From the NCBI GenBank assembly GCA_977017645.1, contig OZ360238.1, positions 76,446,001-76,510,000 of the forward strand: DNA of 64,000 bases, read 5' to 3'. The translations under genes and the position numbers were made by a program. Of this stretch, positions 1 through 13,094 are shown piece by piece. The stretch's first letter is position 1; the number at the start of each line of letters is the position of its first letter. Origin of the DNA: Torpedo marmorata. Its lineage: Eukaryota. The notes beneath the pieces are model-generated. The model was not told the origin of the DNA, made no database searches, and was given only the letters and a program-made list of their open reading frames with translations.

Positions 1-1180
1 GAAAACCTGTGCCAACCAACTAGCTGCAGTGTTCATGGACATTTTCAATCTCTCATTGCTGCAGTCGAAGGTTCCCACCTGCTTCAAAAGGGCATCAATC
101 ATACTGGTGCCCAAGAAGAGCCGAGTGAGCTGCCTCGATGACTATCTTCCAGTCGCACTCACATTTACTGTAATGAAATGCTTTGAGAGGTTGGTCATGG
201 CCAGATTTAACACGTACCTGAGAAAAGATGTGGACCCACTGCAATTTGCCTTTCGCAATTGTTCCACAGCAGATGCAATCTTGCTGGCTCTCCACTTAGC
301 CCTAGATCACCTGGTCAACAGCAACACATACATCAGGCTACTTTTCATTGATTACAGCTCAGCTTTCAACATCATGATCCCCTCAGTACTGGTCAGCAAG
401 CATCGAAACTTAGGCCTCTGCACCTCCCTCTGCAACTGGATCCTTGACTTCCTCTTCAGAAGACCACAGTCAGTACGGATCGATAAGAACATCTCCTCCT
501 CACTGAACATTAACACAGGCGCACCTCAAGGATGCATGCTTAGCCCAATGCTCTATTCTCTCTACACCCATGACTGAGTGGCTAGGCACAATTCAAATGC
601 TATCTACAAATTTACCGATGTCACCATGGTCGTCAGCAGAATCACAGACAGCAATGAGCAAGCATATAGGAGTGAGATAGATCAGCTCGTTGAGTGGTGT
701 CACAACAACAACCTTGCACTCAACGTTAGCAAAACTAAGGAACTGATTGTAGACTTCAAGAGGGGAAACCAGGAAAACCAGGAAAGTGGAAAGGGTAAAG
801 AACTTCAAATTCCTGGGTGTCAACATCTCTGAAGATCTATCCTTGGGCCATCATGTTGATGCAAACATGAAGGCTCGCCAGCAGCTATATTTTGTTAGGA
901 GTTTGAGGAGATTTGGTTTGTCACCAAAGACTCTTGAAAATTTCTACAGGTGTACCGTGGAGAGCATTGTGACTGGTTGCAACACTGTCTGGTATGGTGG
1001 TGCCAATGCACAGGACAGGAAAAGACTACAGAGGGTTGTAAACTCGCCCAGTGCCATCATGGGCATCAGTCTTCACTCCATCAAGGACATCTTTAAGAGG
1101 CAGTGTCCAAAGAAAGCAGCCTCTATCACTGGGAACCCTCACCACCCAGGCCATGCCCTTTTCTCACTGCTACCATCAGG
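1..1180 (+). mobile_element. Rex1/Babar LINE, degenerate RT (5' part; continues at ~6955)
   Basis: Broken ORFs with [39 protein letters not shown] and the KARQQLYFVRSL C-terminal region; interrupted at ...ctaccatcagg by a CR1. Confidence 0.9.
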
Positions 1181-3103
1181 AACCATATAACCATATAACA
1201 TTTACAGCACAGAAACAGGCCAGTTCGACCCTTCGAGTCCATGCCAAACACATTCTCCCACCTAGTCCCACTGACCCGCACCCGGCCCATAACCCTCCAC
1301 ACCTCTCTCGTCCATATACCTATCCAACTTTTCTTTAAACATTAAAATTGAACCTGCATCTACCACTTCGGCCGGAAGCTCGTTCCACCCTCCTACCACC
1401 CTCTGAGTGAAGAAATTCCCCCTCATGTTTCCTCTAAACTTTTCCCCCTTCAATCTCAATCCATGCCCTCTTGTTTGAATCTTCCCCTCTCTCAATGGAA
1501 AAAGCCTGTCCACATTGACTCTATCTTTCCCCTTCATAATTTTAAATACCTCTATCAAATCACCCCTCAATCTTCTACGCTCCAGGGAATAAAGTCCCAG
1601 CCTGTTCAACCTTTCCCTATAACTCAAACCCAGAAACCCTGGCAACATTCTTATAAATCTCCTCTGCACTCTCTCTATTCTGTTTATATCCTTCCTGTAA
1701 TTTGGCGACCAAAACTGAGCACAATATTCCAAATTTGGCCTCACCAGTGCCTTATACAACTTCAACATGACATCCCAACTCCTATATTCAATACTCTGAT
1801 TTATGAAGGCCAACATACCAAATGCCTTCTTCACCACCCTATCCACGTGTGACTCAACTTTCAGGGAATTATGTACCAGAATTCCTAAATCCCTCTGTTC
1901 TACTGCACTTCTCAATTGTCTTCCATTTAACATGTATGACCTTTGCTGATTAATCCTACCAAAATGTAGCACCTCACATTTATCAGTATTAAATTCCATC
2001 TGCCATGTTTCTGCCCACTCTTCTAACAGTCCAATATCCCCCTACAAGCTTTGATATCCTTCTTCACTGTCCACAACACCACCAATCTTCATATCATCTG
2101 CATACTTACTAATCCAATTTACCACCCTATCATCTAGATCATTAATATATATGACAAACAACAATGGACCCAGTACTGATCCCTGAGGCACTCCACTAGT
2201 CACCGGCCTCCAATTTGACAAACAATTTTCCACCACTACTCTCTGGCATCTCCTATCCAACCATTGTTGAATCCATTTCACTACTTCGTCGTTAATACCT
2301 AATGCTTGAACCTTCCTAACGAGCCTCTTATGCGGAACCTTGTCAAATGCCTTACTAAAGTCCATATAGACAACATCCACAGCCTTCCCCTCGTCAACCC
2401 TCTTAGTAACCTCATCGAAAAACTCTATGAGATTTGTCAAACATGATCTACCACGAACAAAACCGTGTTGACTACTCCTAATCAATGCTTGTCTTTCCAA
2501 ATAACTGTATACACCATCTCTAAGAACACTCTCCATTAATTTACCCACTACCGATGTCAGACTCACAGGCCTATAATTTCCAGGTTTACTTTTGGAGCCC
2601 TTCTTAAACAGCGGGACAACATGAGCTACCCTCCAATCCTCTGGCACCTCCCCCGTGGCCAGTGACATTTTAAATATTTCTGTCAGAGCCCCCACTAATT
2701 GTACACTAACCTCCCTCAGGGTCCTCGGGAATATCCTGTCAGGACCTGGAGATTTATCCACCTTTATACTCTTTAAAATAGCCAATACTACCTCCTCATT
2801 AATCTTTATATTATCCATGACCTCCCTGCCAGATTGCCTTACTTCACCTGGCTCAATATTCCTTTCCTTTGTAAATACTGAAGAAAAAAATTCATTTAAA
2901 ATCTCCCCCATCTCCTCTGACTTCTCACATAGCCTACCCGTCTGATCCACAATGTCCCAATTTTATCCCTCGCTATTCTTTTGCTTTTAATGTACCTGTA
3001 GAAACCCTTTGGATTTATTTTACCTTGCCTGCCAAAGCAGCCTCATATCTCCTTTTAGCCTTTCTAATTTCTTTCTTAAGATTTTTTTTTTACACTCCTT
3101 ATA

Positions 3104-4142
3104 TCAGAATCAGAATTTATTGTCATGAACAAGTCATGAAATTCGGTGTTTTGCGGCGGCATCATAGTGCAATTAACATTCATATTAACCATCTAACGAC
3201 ATTACTATAAAAAATTATAAACAATAGTGCACGAAAAGTAAGGCAGTGTCTTTGGTTCATTGATTATTCAGGAATCTGATGGCAGCGGGGAAGAAGCTGT
3301 CCTTGTGCCGTTGAGTGCTCATCTTTAGGCTCCTGTACCTTTTTCCCGATGGAAGAAGAGTGAAGAGGGCATGGCCTGGGTGGTGGAGGTCTTTGAGGAT
3401 AGAGGCTGCTTTTTTAAGACACCGCCTCATGTAGATGTCCTCGATGGAGTGAAGTTTGGTGCCTGTGATGTCACAGGCCGAGTTAACAACCCTCTGGAGT
3501 TTACTCTTGTCCTGGGTGTTGGCACCTCCATACCAGGCAGTGATGCAACCAGCCAGAATGCTCTCCACGGTACACCTGTAGAAGTTTACAAGAGTCTTTG
3601 GTGACATACCGAATCTCCGCAGACTCCTCACAAAGTATAGCCGCTGACGAGCCTTCTTTGTGATTGCATCAACGTGGATGCTCCAGGACAGATCCTCGGA
3701 GATGTTGACACCCAGGAATTTGAAGTTCTTGACCCTCTCCACGACTGAGCCCTCGATGAGGACTGGGGCGTGTTCCCCTGACTTCCTCCTGAAGTCCACA
3801 ATCATCTCCTTGGTTTTGCTGACGTTGAGCTCAAGGTTGTTGCCATTACACCATTCAACGAGCTGATCTATCTCCCTCCTGTACGCTTCCTTATTGCCAT
3901 TTGTGATTCTGCCGACAACTGTGGTGTCATCGGCAAACTTGTAGATGGCATTGGAATTGTGTCTGGCCACACAGTCATGGGTGTATAACGAATAGAGCAG
4001 TGGCCTAAGCACGCATCCTTGGGGTGCGCCTGTGTTGATAATCAGTGAGGAGGAGATGTTGTTTCCAATTCGTACTGACTGTGGTCTTCCGATGAGAAAG
4101 TCAAGGATCCAGTTGCAGAGGGGGGTACAGAGGCCTAGAGTT
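3104..4142 (-). mobile_element. 5'-truncated Rex1/Babar LINE inserted in CR1 ORF2
   Basis: Open RT C-terminal half ([15 protein letters not shown]...KFADDTT...[10 protein letters not shown]) and the tail tgacaataaattctgattctgat. Confidence 0.92.
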
Positions 4143-6250
4143 TCCTCAAGGACCTCATCTATTCCCTGCTGTCTATACCTGTTGTACACATCCCTCTTCC
4201 CCCAAACCAAATTCCCAATATCCTTTGAAAACCAAGGCTCCCTATATTTTCTAACTCTTCCTTTAATCCTCACAGGGACTCTGTACTCTCAAAATTTCCC
4301 CTTTGAATATCCTCCATTTATCTGTGACATCCTTTCCTAACAATAAATTATCCCAATCCACACCCTGTAAATCCTTCCTCATCTCCTCAAAATTTGCCTT
4401 ATTCCAATCAAGAATCTCAACCTTAGGCCCAGCCCTAACCTTCTCCATTATCAACCTAAAACTAATGGTATTATGATCACTAGACCCAAAGTGTTCCCCA
4501 ACACAAACCTCTGTCACCTGACCTATCTCGTTCCCAAATAGGAGATCCAATACTGCCCCCTCTCTCGTCGGTTCTTCTATGTATTGATTTAGAAAACTTT
4601 CCTGAACACATTTGACAAACTCCAACCCATCCTGCCCTATTACAGTATGGGCGTCCCAGACAATATGTGGAAAGTTAAAATCACCTATAATCACCACCTT
4701 ATGCCTATTACACATATATTCTATCTCCTTACAAATTTCCTCCTCTAATTCCCTCTGCCCATTCGGTGGTCTATAATACACTCCCATTAGTGTTTTCATG
4801 CCTTTCCCATTCCTCAATTCCACCCAAATAGCCTCACTGGACGAGCCCTCCAATCTATCCTGCCATAGCACCGCTGTAATGGTTTCTCTAACAAGCACTG
4901 CGACCCCTCCACCTTTTATCCCCCCTGTTCTATCACGCCTAAAACAACGGAATCCAGGAATATTTAGCTGCCAATCACGCCCCTCCTGCAACCAAGTTTC
5001 ACTGATGGCTACAATATCATATTTCCATGTATCAATCCATACTCTAAGCTCATCCACCTTTCTTATAATGCTTCTTGCATTGAAATATATACACTTGAGA
5101 GAATGTCCCCCACATACACTCCTTTGATTACCCTCTCCTTCATTAACTTTAACATTCTGGTTCCTCTCTTCCTTCAAATCTATGTGTTCTTCTACCCTAC
5201 TCTCCGCATTCACATTCTGATTCCCACCCCCTTGCCAAACTAGTTTAAACCCTCCCCAACAGCTCTAGCAAACCTACCTGCCAGGATATTGGTCCCCCTC
5301 CAGTTCAAGTGCAGCCCGTCACTTTTGTACAGGTCAGACCTTCCCCAGAAGAGATCCCAATGATCCACAAATGTGAACCCCTGCCCCCAGCACCAACTCT
5401 TTAGCCACGCATTCATCCTCCACATCTTCCTATTCCTACCCTCTCTAGCGCGTGGCACAGGCAGCAATCCTGAGATTACCACCTTGAGGTCCTGCTTTTT
5501 AACTTCCTTCCTAACTCCTTATATTCCTTCTTCAGGACATCACCCCCATTTCTTTCTATGTCATTGGTCCCCACGTGGACCACGACACCTGGCTGCTCGC
5601 CCTCCCCCTCCAGAATGCTGAGTACTCGATCAGAGACATCCCTGATCCTGGCACCTGGAAGGCAACATACCAACCGGGAGCTCCGATCTCGTCCAGCAAA
5701 CCTTCTATCTGTTCCTCTAACCAGCGAGTCCCCAACTACAAAAGCTCTCCTCTTTTCCCCCCTTCCCTTCTGAGCCGAGGGGCCATCCCCCGTGCCAGAG
5801 ACCTGACCCCCGCGACTTGTCCCTGGTAGGTACCCCCCCCCCAACAGCATCCAAAACAGTATACATATTATTGAGGGGAACGGCCACAGGGGTTCCCTGC
5901 ACTGTCTGTCTCCCCCCCTTCCCTTTCCTCAGTCACCCAGTTAGCTGACTCCTGTCTATTTGGGGTGACTGTCTCCCTATCTATGACTACCTCTGCCTCC
6001 CTCATGATCCGAAGTTCATCCAGCTGCAACTCCAGTTCCCTAACATGGTCTTGCAGGAGTTGCATCTGGATGCAACTTTTGCAGGTCTGGTCATCAGGAA
6101 CATTTGTGATGTCCCTGACCTCCCACATCCTGCATTCGGAACACATGACTAACCCAACTGCCTCCATAACCCCTCTTAACTACAACTAGATTAAATAGGA
6201 ATAAACTTAACCTTACTGGTAGTACTTCCTCAGCCTCTTCTCTCTGAAGC

Positions 6251-6619
6251 CTCTTGAGCCAAAGCCTCAGAGCTCCACTCCTTCCCTGTGCCTCCTGAGC
6301 CAAAGCCTCAGTGCTCCACTCCTTCCCTGTGCCTCTTGAGCCAAAGCCTCAGAGCTCCACTCCTTCCCTGTGCCTCTTGAGCCAAAGCCTCAGAGCTCCA
6401 CTCCTTCCCTGTGCCTCTTGAGCCAAAGCCTCAGAGCTCCACTCCTTCCCTGTGCCTCTTGAGCCAAAGCCTCAGAGCTCCACTCCTTCCCTGTGCCTCT
6501 TGAGCCAAAGCCTCAGAGCTCCACTCCTTCCCTGTGCCTCTTGAGCCAAAGCCTCAGAGCTCCACTCCTTACCTGTGCCTCTGGAGCCAAAGCCTCAGAG
6601 CTCCACTCCTTCCCTGTGC
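6251..6619. repeat. 41-bp tandem repeat, 9 copies, in the CR1 5' UTR
   Basis: Unit ctcttgagccaaagcctcagagctccactccttccctgtgc; copies nearly identical. Confidence 0.95.
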
Positions 6620-6740
6620 CACTCACTCACTGGGCCGCTCCTCACTGGCTGCTCCCTCTACTTCCCTTCCTTTTATAGGTCACTGCTAATTAACTCTAAT
6701 ACCCAATTTCTTACTACTACTAATCACCACTTAACCTAGC

Positions 6741-6954
6741 CCTAGGCCCGAAAAAGCTCCCTTTTTAAACAAGTTTACAACTCCAAAAATACTTACTCAC
6801 AAAGCACCAGTCACCAGTCGCTCCTCCCACTCCAACACTGCAAAGCAACTGAAAAGACCTAGGCCCGAAAAAGCTCCCTTTTTAAACAATTTTACAATTC
6901 CAAAAATACTCACGAAGCACCAGTCACCAGTCGCTCCTCCCACTCCAACACTCC
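6741..6954. repeat. ~115-bp direct duplication at the CR1 5' end
   Basis: cctaggcccgaaaaagctccctttttaaacaa...cactccaacact occurs twice (starting ~6741 and ~6858). Confidence 0.88.
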
Positions 6955-7225
6955 AAAGGAGGTACAGGAGCCTGAAGATGCACACCCAACATTAAATAAA
7001 CAGCTTCTTCCCCTCCGCCATCAAATTTGTGAATGGACAATAAACCTATAGATACTATCTCACTTTTTTCTCTTTTTTGGACTAATTATTTATTTTTAAA
7101 TATTGTATTCACAGACTGTAACTTATAGCAATTTTGCACCTTTAATGAACAATACTACTGCCGCAAAACAACAAATTTTGTGACGCATGTTCATGACAAT
7201 AAACCTGATTCTGATTCTGATTCTT
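6955..7225 (+). mobile_element. 3' remainder of the Rex1 element at 1-1180
   Basis: aggaggtacaggagcctgaag continues the sequence broken at 1180; ends tgacaataaacctgattctgattctgatt. Confidence 0.85.
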
Positions 7226-7499
7226 TTAGACAGAATGTGCGGGAGGTGGAGAGTCACATAAAAGGAGAGACTACTGGGAAGGGGGGTGGGGGAGAGGGAA
7301 GTTAGAAACAAACGTAAGTACAGGAGTAGGTAAAGAAGAGATGGAAACAGTGGAACCAGTTGGAGGTATTTGTTTACATTTTTACGCTGTGTACAGTCTT
7401 TTTGCACTACCAATAAGTGGTAATTCTGCCTCGCCCGCAGGAAAAAGAATCTCAGGGTTGTATGTGATGTCATTTATGTACTTTGACAATAAATCTGAA

Positions 7500-8525
7500 A
7501 TCTGAGGTGGGAGTTAACTAAAAGTAGAAAAATTGATGTTCACGCCATTAAGTTTAAGGCTGTCCAGGAGAAATATGATGTGTTGTTCCTCAAATTTATG
7601 TTTGGCCTCACCCTGACAATGGACGGGACTGGGGCGGACATGTCATTACAGGAATGGATGGGGAGTTGATATGGTGTTCAGTGCAGCAGTCAACTAATCT
7701 GTCTTTGGCCTCACCGATGAAGAGGAGGCCACACTGAATACACCAAATGCAGCAGATGAATTTGGATGATGTACATGTAAAACTCTGCTTCACCTGGAAG
7801 ATCTGTGTTGGGACCCTGGATGGAAGTGAGGGAGAAGATGTAGGGACAGGTTTTGCACTTTCTGCAATTACATTGGGAGGTGCCTAAGGAGGTGGAAGCA
7901 TGCGTGGGGAGGGAAAAGCAGACGAGGGAGTCTTGGAGAAACTATTACCTGCAAAAAAACGGATAGGGGCAGCAAGAGGAAGATGTGGCTGGTGGTGGAT
8001 CGTGCGGAAGTTGGCAGAAGTGTGGGAGATTAATGTGTCAGATGCGGAGTCTGATGGGGTAGAAAGTGAGGACCAGAAGGACTTTGTCCTTGTTCTGCCT
8101 GAAGAGAAGTGGGGTGAGGACAGATGTACGAGAAATGGAGGAGATATGGGTAGATGCTTTATCAAAGACAGTAAGGGGGAATCCACATTTATTAAAGAAA
8201 GTGGATATTTCTGATGTCCCCTTGAACAAGTTAATCATCCAACCTAACCTATTGCATTCGGTGTTCTCAGTGTGGCCTCCTTTATATCGGTGAGACCAAA
8301 TGCAGATTGTGTGACCGCTTCACTGAACACCTACACTCTCTTTGTGGATCTAAGCTTGAATTCCTATAGTCAACCATTTCAACTTCCCCAACCATTCCTA
8401 CACAGTCCTTGGCCACATCCATTGTCAGGATGAGACCAAATGTAAACTTGAGGAAGAAACATCATATTACTCATGGATAGCCTTTGACCTAATGATATGA
8501 ACATCAATTTTTCTACTTTCAGGTT
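7500..8525. mobile_element. Old Penelope-like (PLE) fragments in both orientations
   Basis: Degenerate FTCTSSKFICCIWCIQCGLLFIGE (GIY-YIG region) and STFFNKCGFP...LVLTFYP on the minus strand; similar remnants on plus at 8240-8520. Confidence 0.7.
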
Positions 8526-8587
8526 ACCCATACCCATACGATCGTTTCCCAGTGGCTGGTGGAGAAGCTGTCCTCGCTGGGACTCAA

Positions 8588-9308
8588 TACCCCGGCACCA
8601 TCCCCTGTGCCCGCAGGAGGTGCAACACCTGCGCCGACACCTTCCCCTCACCAAGGTCCAGGGCCCCAAACAGACCTTCCAAGAGAAACTACACTTCACT
8701 TGTACATCCAGAGAACTTATTTACTGCATCTGGTGCTCCCTTTGTGGCTTTCTCTACATCGAAGAGGCTGAGCACCTCCTCTCCGTCCGCAACAACAGTG
8801 ACCTCCCAGTAGCCAACCATTTCAATTCCGGGTCACACTCCCACACTCACATGTCTGTCCATCGCCTTATGTACTATCCCACCCAGACTACCCACAAATT
8901 GGAGGAACAACATCTCATTTTCCGTCTCGGCACTCTCCAGCCAGATGGCATTAACATTGACTTTTCTGCTTTCCACTAAACCTGCTTGTCGTTTCCTTCC
9001 CCTCCCCCCTCACCTGTCCTTCCTGTTTTTCTCCACCCACCCAGCCATCCCTCCTCCCCCTCTTTGCTGCTGTCCCCTCCCTCCTTTCTTCACCTATCAT
9101 CTCCTGCCTTTGCCACTCCCCTTCCCCCTTCACTCTTTTGTTCGGACGCCTGCCGGCATTTTCTCATACTTTGATGAAGGGCTCAAGCCCGAAACGTCGG
9201 TTATGTATTTCTACCTTTGCTGCATAAAAGACACTGTTTGACCTGCTGAGTTTCTCCAGCATTTGTGTTTTTTACTTCAACCACGGTTTCTACAGATTTT
9301 TGTGTTTT
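8588..9308 (+). mobile_element. 5'-truncated Neptune-type PLE (GIY-YIG end + pLTR)
   Basis: HFTCTSRELIYCIWCSLCGFLYI...KLEEQHLIFRLGTLQPDGIN; 3' region nearly identical to the terminal repeat of the element at 48873-53010. Confidence 0.9.
9165..9205 (+). ncRNA. Minimal type I hammerhead ribozyme motif (PLE-associated)
   Basis: catact-TTGATGA-a-GGGC tcaa GCCC-GAAA-cg-TC-ggttatg: core (C3U variant), stem II, palindromic ACGT minimal stem III, and stem I pairing catact/ggttatg with one bulge. Confidence 0.75.
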
Positions 9309-10385
9309 ACCCCTCTCTGTAATTGGATCCTGGACTTCCTAACGGAAAGACCACAGTCTGTCCGGGTCGGTAGCAGAATATCGAGCACCGTCATGCTGAG
9401 CACTGGCACACCTCAGGGCTGCGTGCTCAGCCCGCTCCTGTTCACGCTACTGACCCACGACTGCATCGCCAGATCCAGCTCCAATAGTGTCATCAAGTTT
9501 GCAGATGACACAACATTGGTTGGCCTCATCAGCAACAATGATGAGTCGCACTACAAAGATGTGGAAAATCTTGTGAAATGGTGTGAGAGTAACAACCTGA
9601 GTCTCAACATGGACAAGACGAAGGAGATGATCGTGGACTTCAGGAGGACCAGGAACGACCACCCTCCACTACACATTAACAACTCTGTAGTAGAGAGAGT
9701 GGAGAGCACCAAGTTCCTTGGAGTTCACTTAACTAGTGACCTATCATGGACACTCAACATCTCCTCACATTTCCTTGTCAGGAAGGTGCAACAGCAACTG
9801 CACTTCCTGAGAAGACTGAAGAGGGCAAGGCTACCGGCCACCATTATGTCAACTTTCTATAGGAGCTCTATCGAGAGCGTCCTGGCCGGCTGTATCAGTG
9901 TGGTGCGGTTGCTGCAGAGAAATGGATCGGAGGACAATCCACAGTTCCATAAGAGTGGCAGAGAGGATCACTGGAGTCTCCCTCCCCCCATCATACCGGG
10001 ATCGTTGTCTGAAGAGGGCACGTAAAATCATTGAGGACCCCTTCTACCCTGCACACAGCATCTTTCAGCTGCTCCCGTCGGGGAAGAGATACAGGAGTAT
10101 CAGAGCCAGCACCACCAGGCTGAGAAACAGCTTCTTCCCATGGGCAGTGAGAATGCTGAACGACCAAAGGAACTGCTCACACTAACCATCCGAGACTCAT
10201 CTGTACAAAACAATATTTATTTATTTATTTTTATAGATAAAATACTTGTCCTGCATATGTATTATTTGTCTGTATGTGTGTTATGTCTGGTTGTATATCT
10301 GCATGTTTTGCACCGAGCACCAGAGAATGCTGTTTCATCGGGTTGTACTTGTACAATTGGATGACAATAAACTTGACTTGACTTG
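9309..10385 (+). mobile_element. Rex1/Babar LINE 3' part (second subfamily)
   Basis: [31 protein letters not shown]; tail tgacaataaacttgacttgactt. Confidence 0.9.
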
Positions 10386-10433
10386 GCTTGATATCTGGTT
10401 CCACTGTTTCTATCTCTTCTTTACCTACTCCTG

Positions 10434-11307
10434 TAGGCAGTCCCCAGGTTAAATACGAGTTCCGTTACCTAGGTCTGTCTTTAACTAAAATTTGTATTTA
10501 AGTCGGAACAAGTACATACGGTCCTGATTTAGCGTCAGTTAGTCAAATGTTTATCTTAGTATATAGCATATATAGTATATATTTTACCTTCCTATGCATG
10601 TAAAACACTTAAGAAACACTTCCAAATACACTACAACATCTTAAACATACTAATACAGTACATAATTGGATGATGTAGGAGAAGATGATGGAGAGATGGC
10701 GACTGTTGGAGAGGGTGGACCTGGTGCTGAAGAGTCAGGGTTTGATTCCCATGCTGGAGGGGGGGTTTACTACTGGAGTCAATTTCTTGAAGTAGGCATC
10801 AAGGGAGGTTTGTACAGAGCTTTTCTTTTTCCCATCATAAATGGCCTTAAATCCCCTGGTAGATTTGGTACAGTACAAATACAGTGCAGGTGTATTAGGA
10901 TTTTAGCCACGTGAAACTTGGAGGTGGAATCAGCTGCAAAGAAGCATCTGTTCATTTTTTGCTGCCTTTAACCCAAGTAGGCAGTAAAGAGTCACCAAAC
11001 TGTTGGTTCACGAGTCACTTGTAAACCAGACAAAATAAGAGTGTACAGTACTGTACAGGTGCGATGTTCAAATGCGTACTTTTCAATTTCGAATCTGTTC
11101 CCGCGCCTGCGATTTGCGGTATGCTACTCTCTCGCGATGCTGGGCGATGGCAGCATCGAGCAAGAGTATCGTACAGCATACTCTCTCACGATACTGACTC
11201 AACCACGCTCGAACCGGAAGTTGATGGCATTCTACTTCCGGCCGGCTTGTCGGTTCGTAAGTACGAGTTGTTCGTAAATCGGACGTTTTTAACCCAGGGA
11301 CTGCCTG
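10434..11307 (-). mobile_element. Tigger/pogo-like non-autonomous DNA transposon
   Basis: TIRs taggcagtccccaggtt / aacccagggactgcctg followed by TA; minus-strand remnant IYDGKKKSSVQTSLDAYFKK resembles a Tigger transposase C-terminus. Confidence 0.75.
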
Positions 11308-11454
11308 TACTTACTTTTGTCTCTAACTTAAGTGGTTGCTTTGTCCACCTGTCTCTCCACCTCTCTCATCTTCTGTCCAATACTCTGACGTTTCTTGGGC
11401 CCTCCCAAACTTCTTTCCCTCTTTATATACACAATATCACTCCCTTTTTAATAA

Positions 11455-12748
11455 CAAACTCACCTGGTCCATCTCCGATAACACTCTCCCCTTCCTGGAT
11501 CTCTCTGTCTCCACCTCGGGAGGCAAGCTTTCCACTGACATTTACTACAAACCCTCCAACTCCCACAACTATCTGGACTACACTTCTTCACACCCTGTCC
11601 CCTGCCAGGATTCCATCCCCTTCTCTCAATTTCTCCGTCTCCGCCGCATCTGCTCCCAAGATGAGGTCTTCCAGTCCAGATATTCTGAAATGTCTGCCTT
11701 CTTCCACAAACGTGGCTTCCCCTCCACCACCATCAACTCAGCCCTCACCCGCATCTCCTCCATTTCCCGCTCATTTGCCCTGGCCCCCTCTGCCCCCAGA
11801 TGCAACAAACATAGAATCCCCCTCATCCTTACCTACCACCCCACCAGCCTCTGCATCCAACACATTATCCGCCGGAATTTCCGGCACTTACTACAGGATC
11901 CCACCACCAGACACATTTTTCCTTCTCCTCCCCTCTCGGCCTTCTGTAGGGACCGCTCCCTCCGCGATTCCCTCATGCACTCATCCCTCCCTACCCATCG
12001 CACCCCCGGCACCTTCTCCTGTGCCTGCAGGATGTGCAACACCTGCGCCCACACCTCCCCCCTCACCACGGTCCGGGGCCCCAAACAGGCCTTTCAAGTG
12101 AAGCTACACTTCACTTGTACATCCAGAGAACTTATTTACTGCATCCGGTGCTCCCTTTGTAGCATTCTCTACATCGGAGAGACCGGTCATAGATTGGGAG
12201 ATCGCTTTACTGAGCACCTCCTCTCTGTCCGCAACAACAGCGACCTCCCAGTAGTCAACCATTTCAACTGCGAGTCACACTCACGTCTGTCCATGGCCTT
12301 ATGTACTATCCCACCCAGACTACCCGCAAATTGTAGGAACAACATCTCATTTTCCGTCTGGGCACTCTCCAGCCAGATGGCATTAACATTGACTTTTCTG
12401 CATTCCACTAAACCTGCTTGCCTTTTCCTTCCCCTCCCCCCTTACCTGTCCTTCCAGTTTTTTTCCACCCACCCAGCCATCCCTCCTCCCCCTCTTTGCT
12501 GCTGTCCCCTCCCTCCTTTCTCCACCTATCATCTCCTGCCTTTGCCAACCCCCCTACCCCCCCTCACTCTTTTGTTCGGACGCCTGCCGGCATTTTCTCA
12601 TACTTTGATGAAGGGCTCAAGCCCAAAACGTCAGTTATGTATTTTCTACCTTTGCTACATAAAAGACACTGTTTGACCTGCTGAGTTTCTCCAGCATTTG
12701 TGTTTTTTACTTCAACCACAGTGTCTACAGATTTTCGTGATTTACTTT
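11455..12748 (+). mobile_element. 5'-truncated Neptune-type PLE
   Basis: LPFLDLSV, SQFLRLRRIC, CxxxxCxxC linker, IYCIRC..C..LYIGETG; pLTR with a hammerhead motif at 12599-12639 (GAAA mutated to AAAA). Confidence 0.92.
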
Positions 12749-13094
12749 TTTCACTCCCTTTTTACTTTAGTCTTGATAAAGGGCCCTGACCCAAAACATT
12801 GGCCATTTATATCCATGGATGCTGCCTGACCTCCTTGCGTTCCTCCAGCAGCTCATTGTTTGCTCAAGATTCCAGCATCTGCAGTTACTGTGTTTCTTTA
12901 CAGTAGGCTTTGTTGGAACAGTGCAAGATGCCTCAGAGAAGATAGAGCACAAATGAGTGGAAAACATCAAGTGGTATGCAACTGAAAGCTCAGGATTGTC
13001 CTTGTGGACAGAATGAATGTGCTCTGTGAAGCCATTTTGCATTGGTTTCTCCAACACAAAGGAGAACGCATCTTTAGCTCCAAAATGCAGTAGT

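Larger units (their letters stand above)
1181..6954 (-). mobile_element. Near full-length CR1 LINE (ORF1 zinc finger/leucine zipper/SGNH esterase; ORF2 APE endonuclease + RT), frameshifted and interrupted
   Basis: 3' tail (TTATATGG)n at 1181-1198; RT motifs [29 protein letters not shown] (1262-2950); APE motifs YFNARS, ISETW, GDFN, SDH (4263-5213); ORF1 CxxC..CxxC, LELQLDEL, GDSLVRG, HVGTND, DGLHLN (5240-6167). Confidence 0.93.

Noticed and set aside
3257-4273. 338-aa ORF as a CR1-Rex1 fusion protein
   Set aside because: Chance in-frame junction of a truncated Rex1 inserted into CR1 ORF2; it lacks the N-terminal RT motifs.
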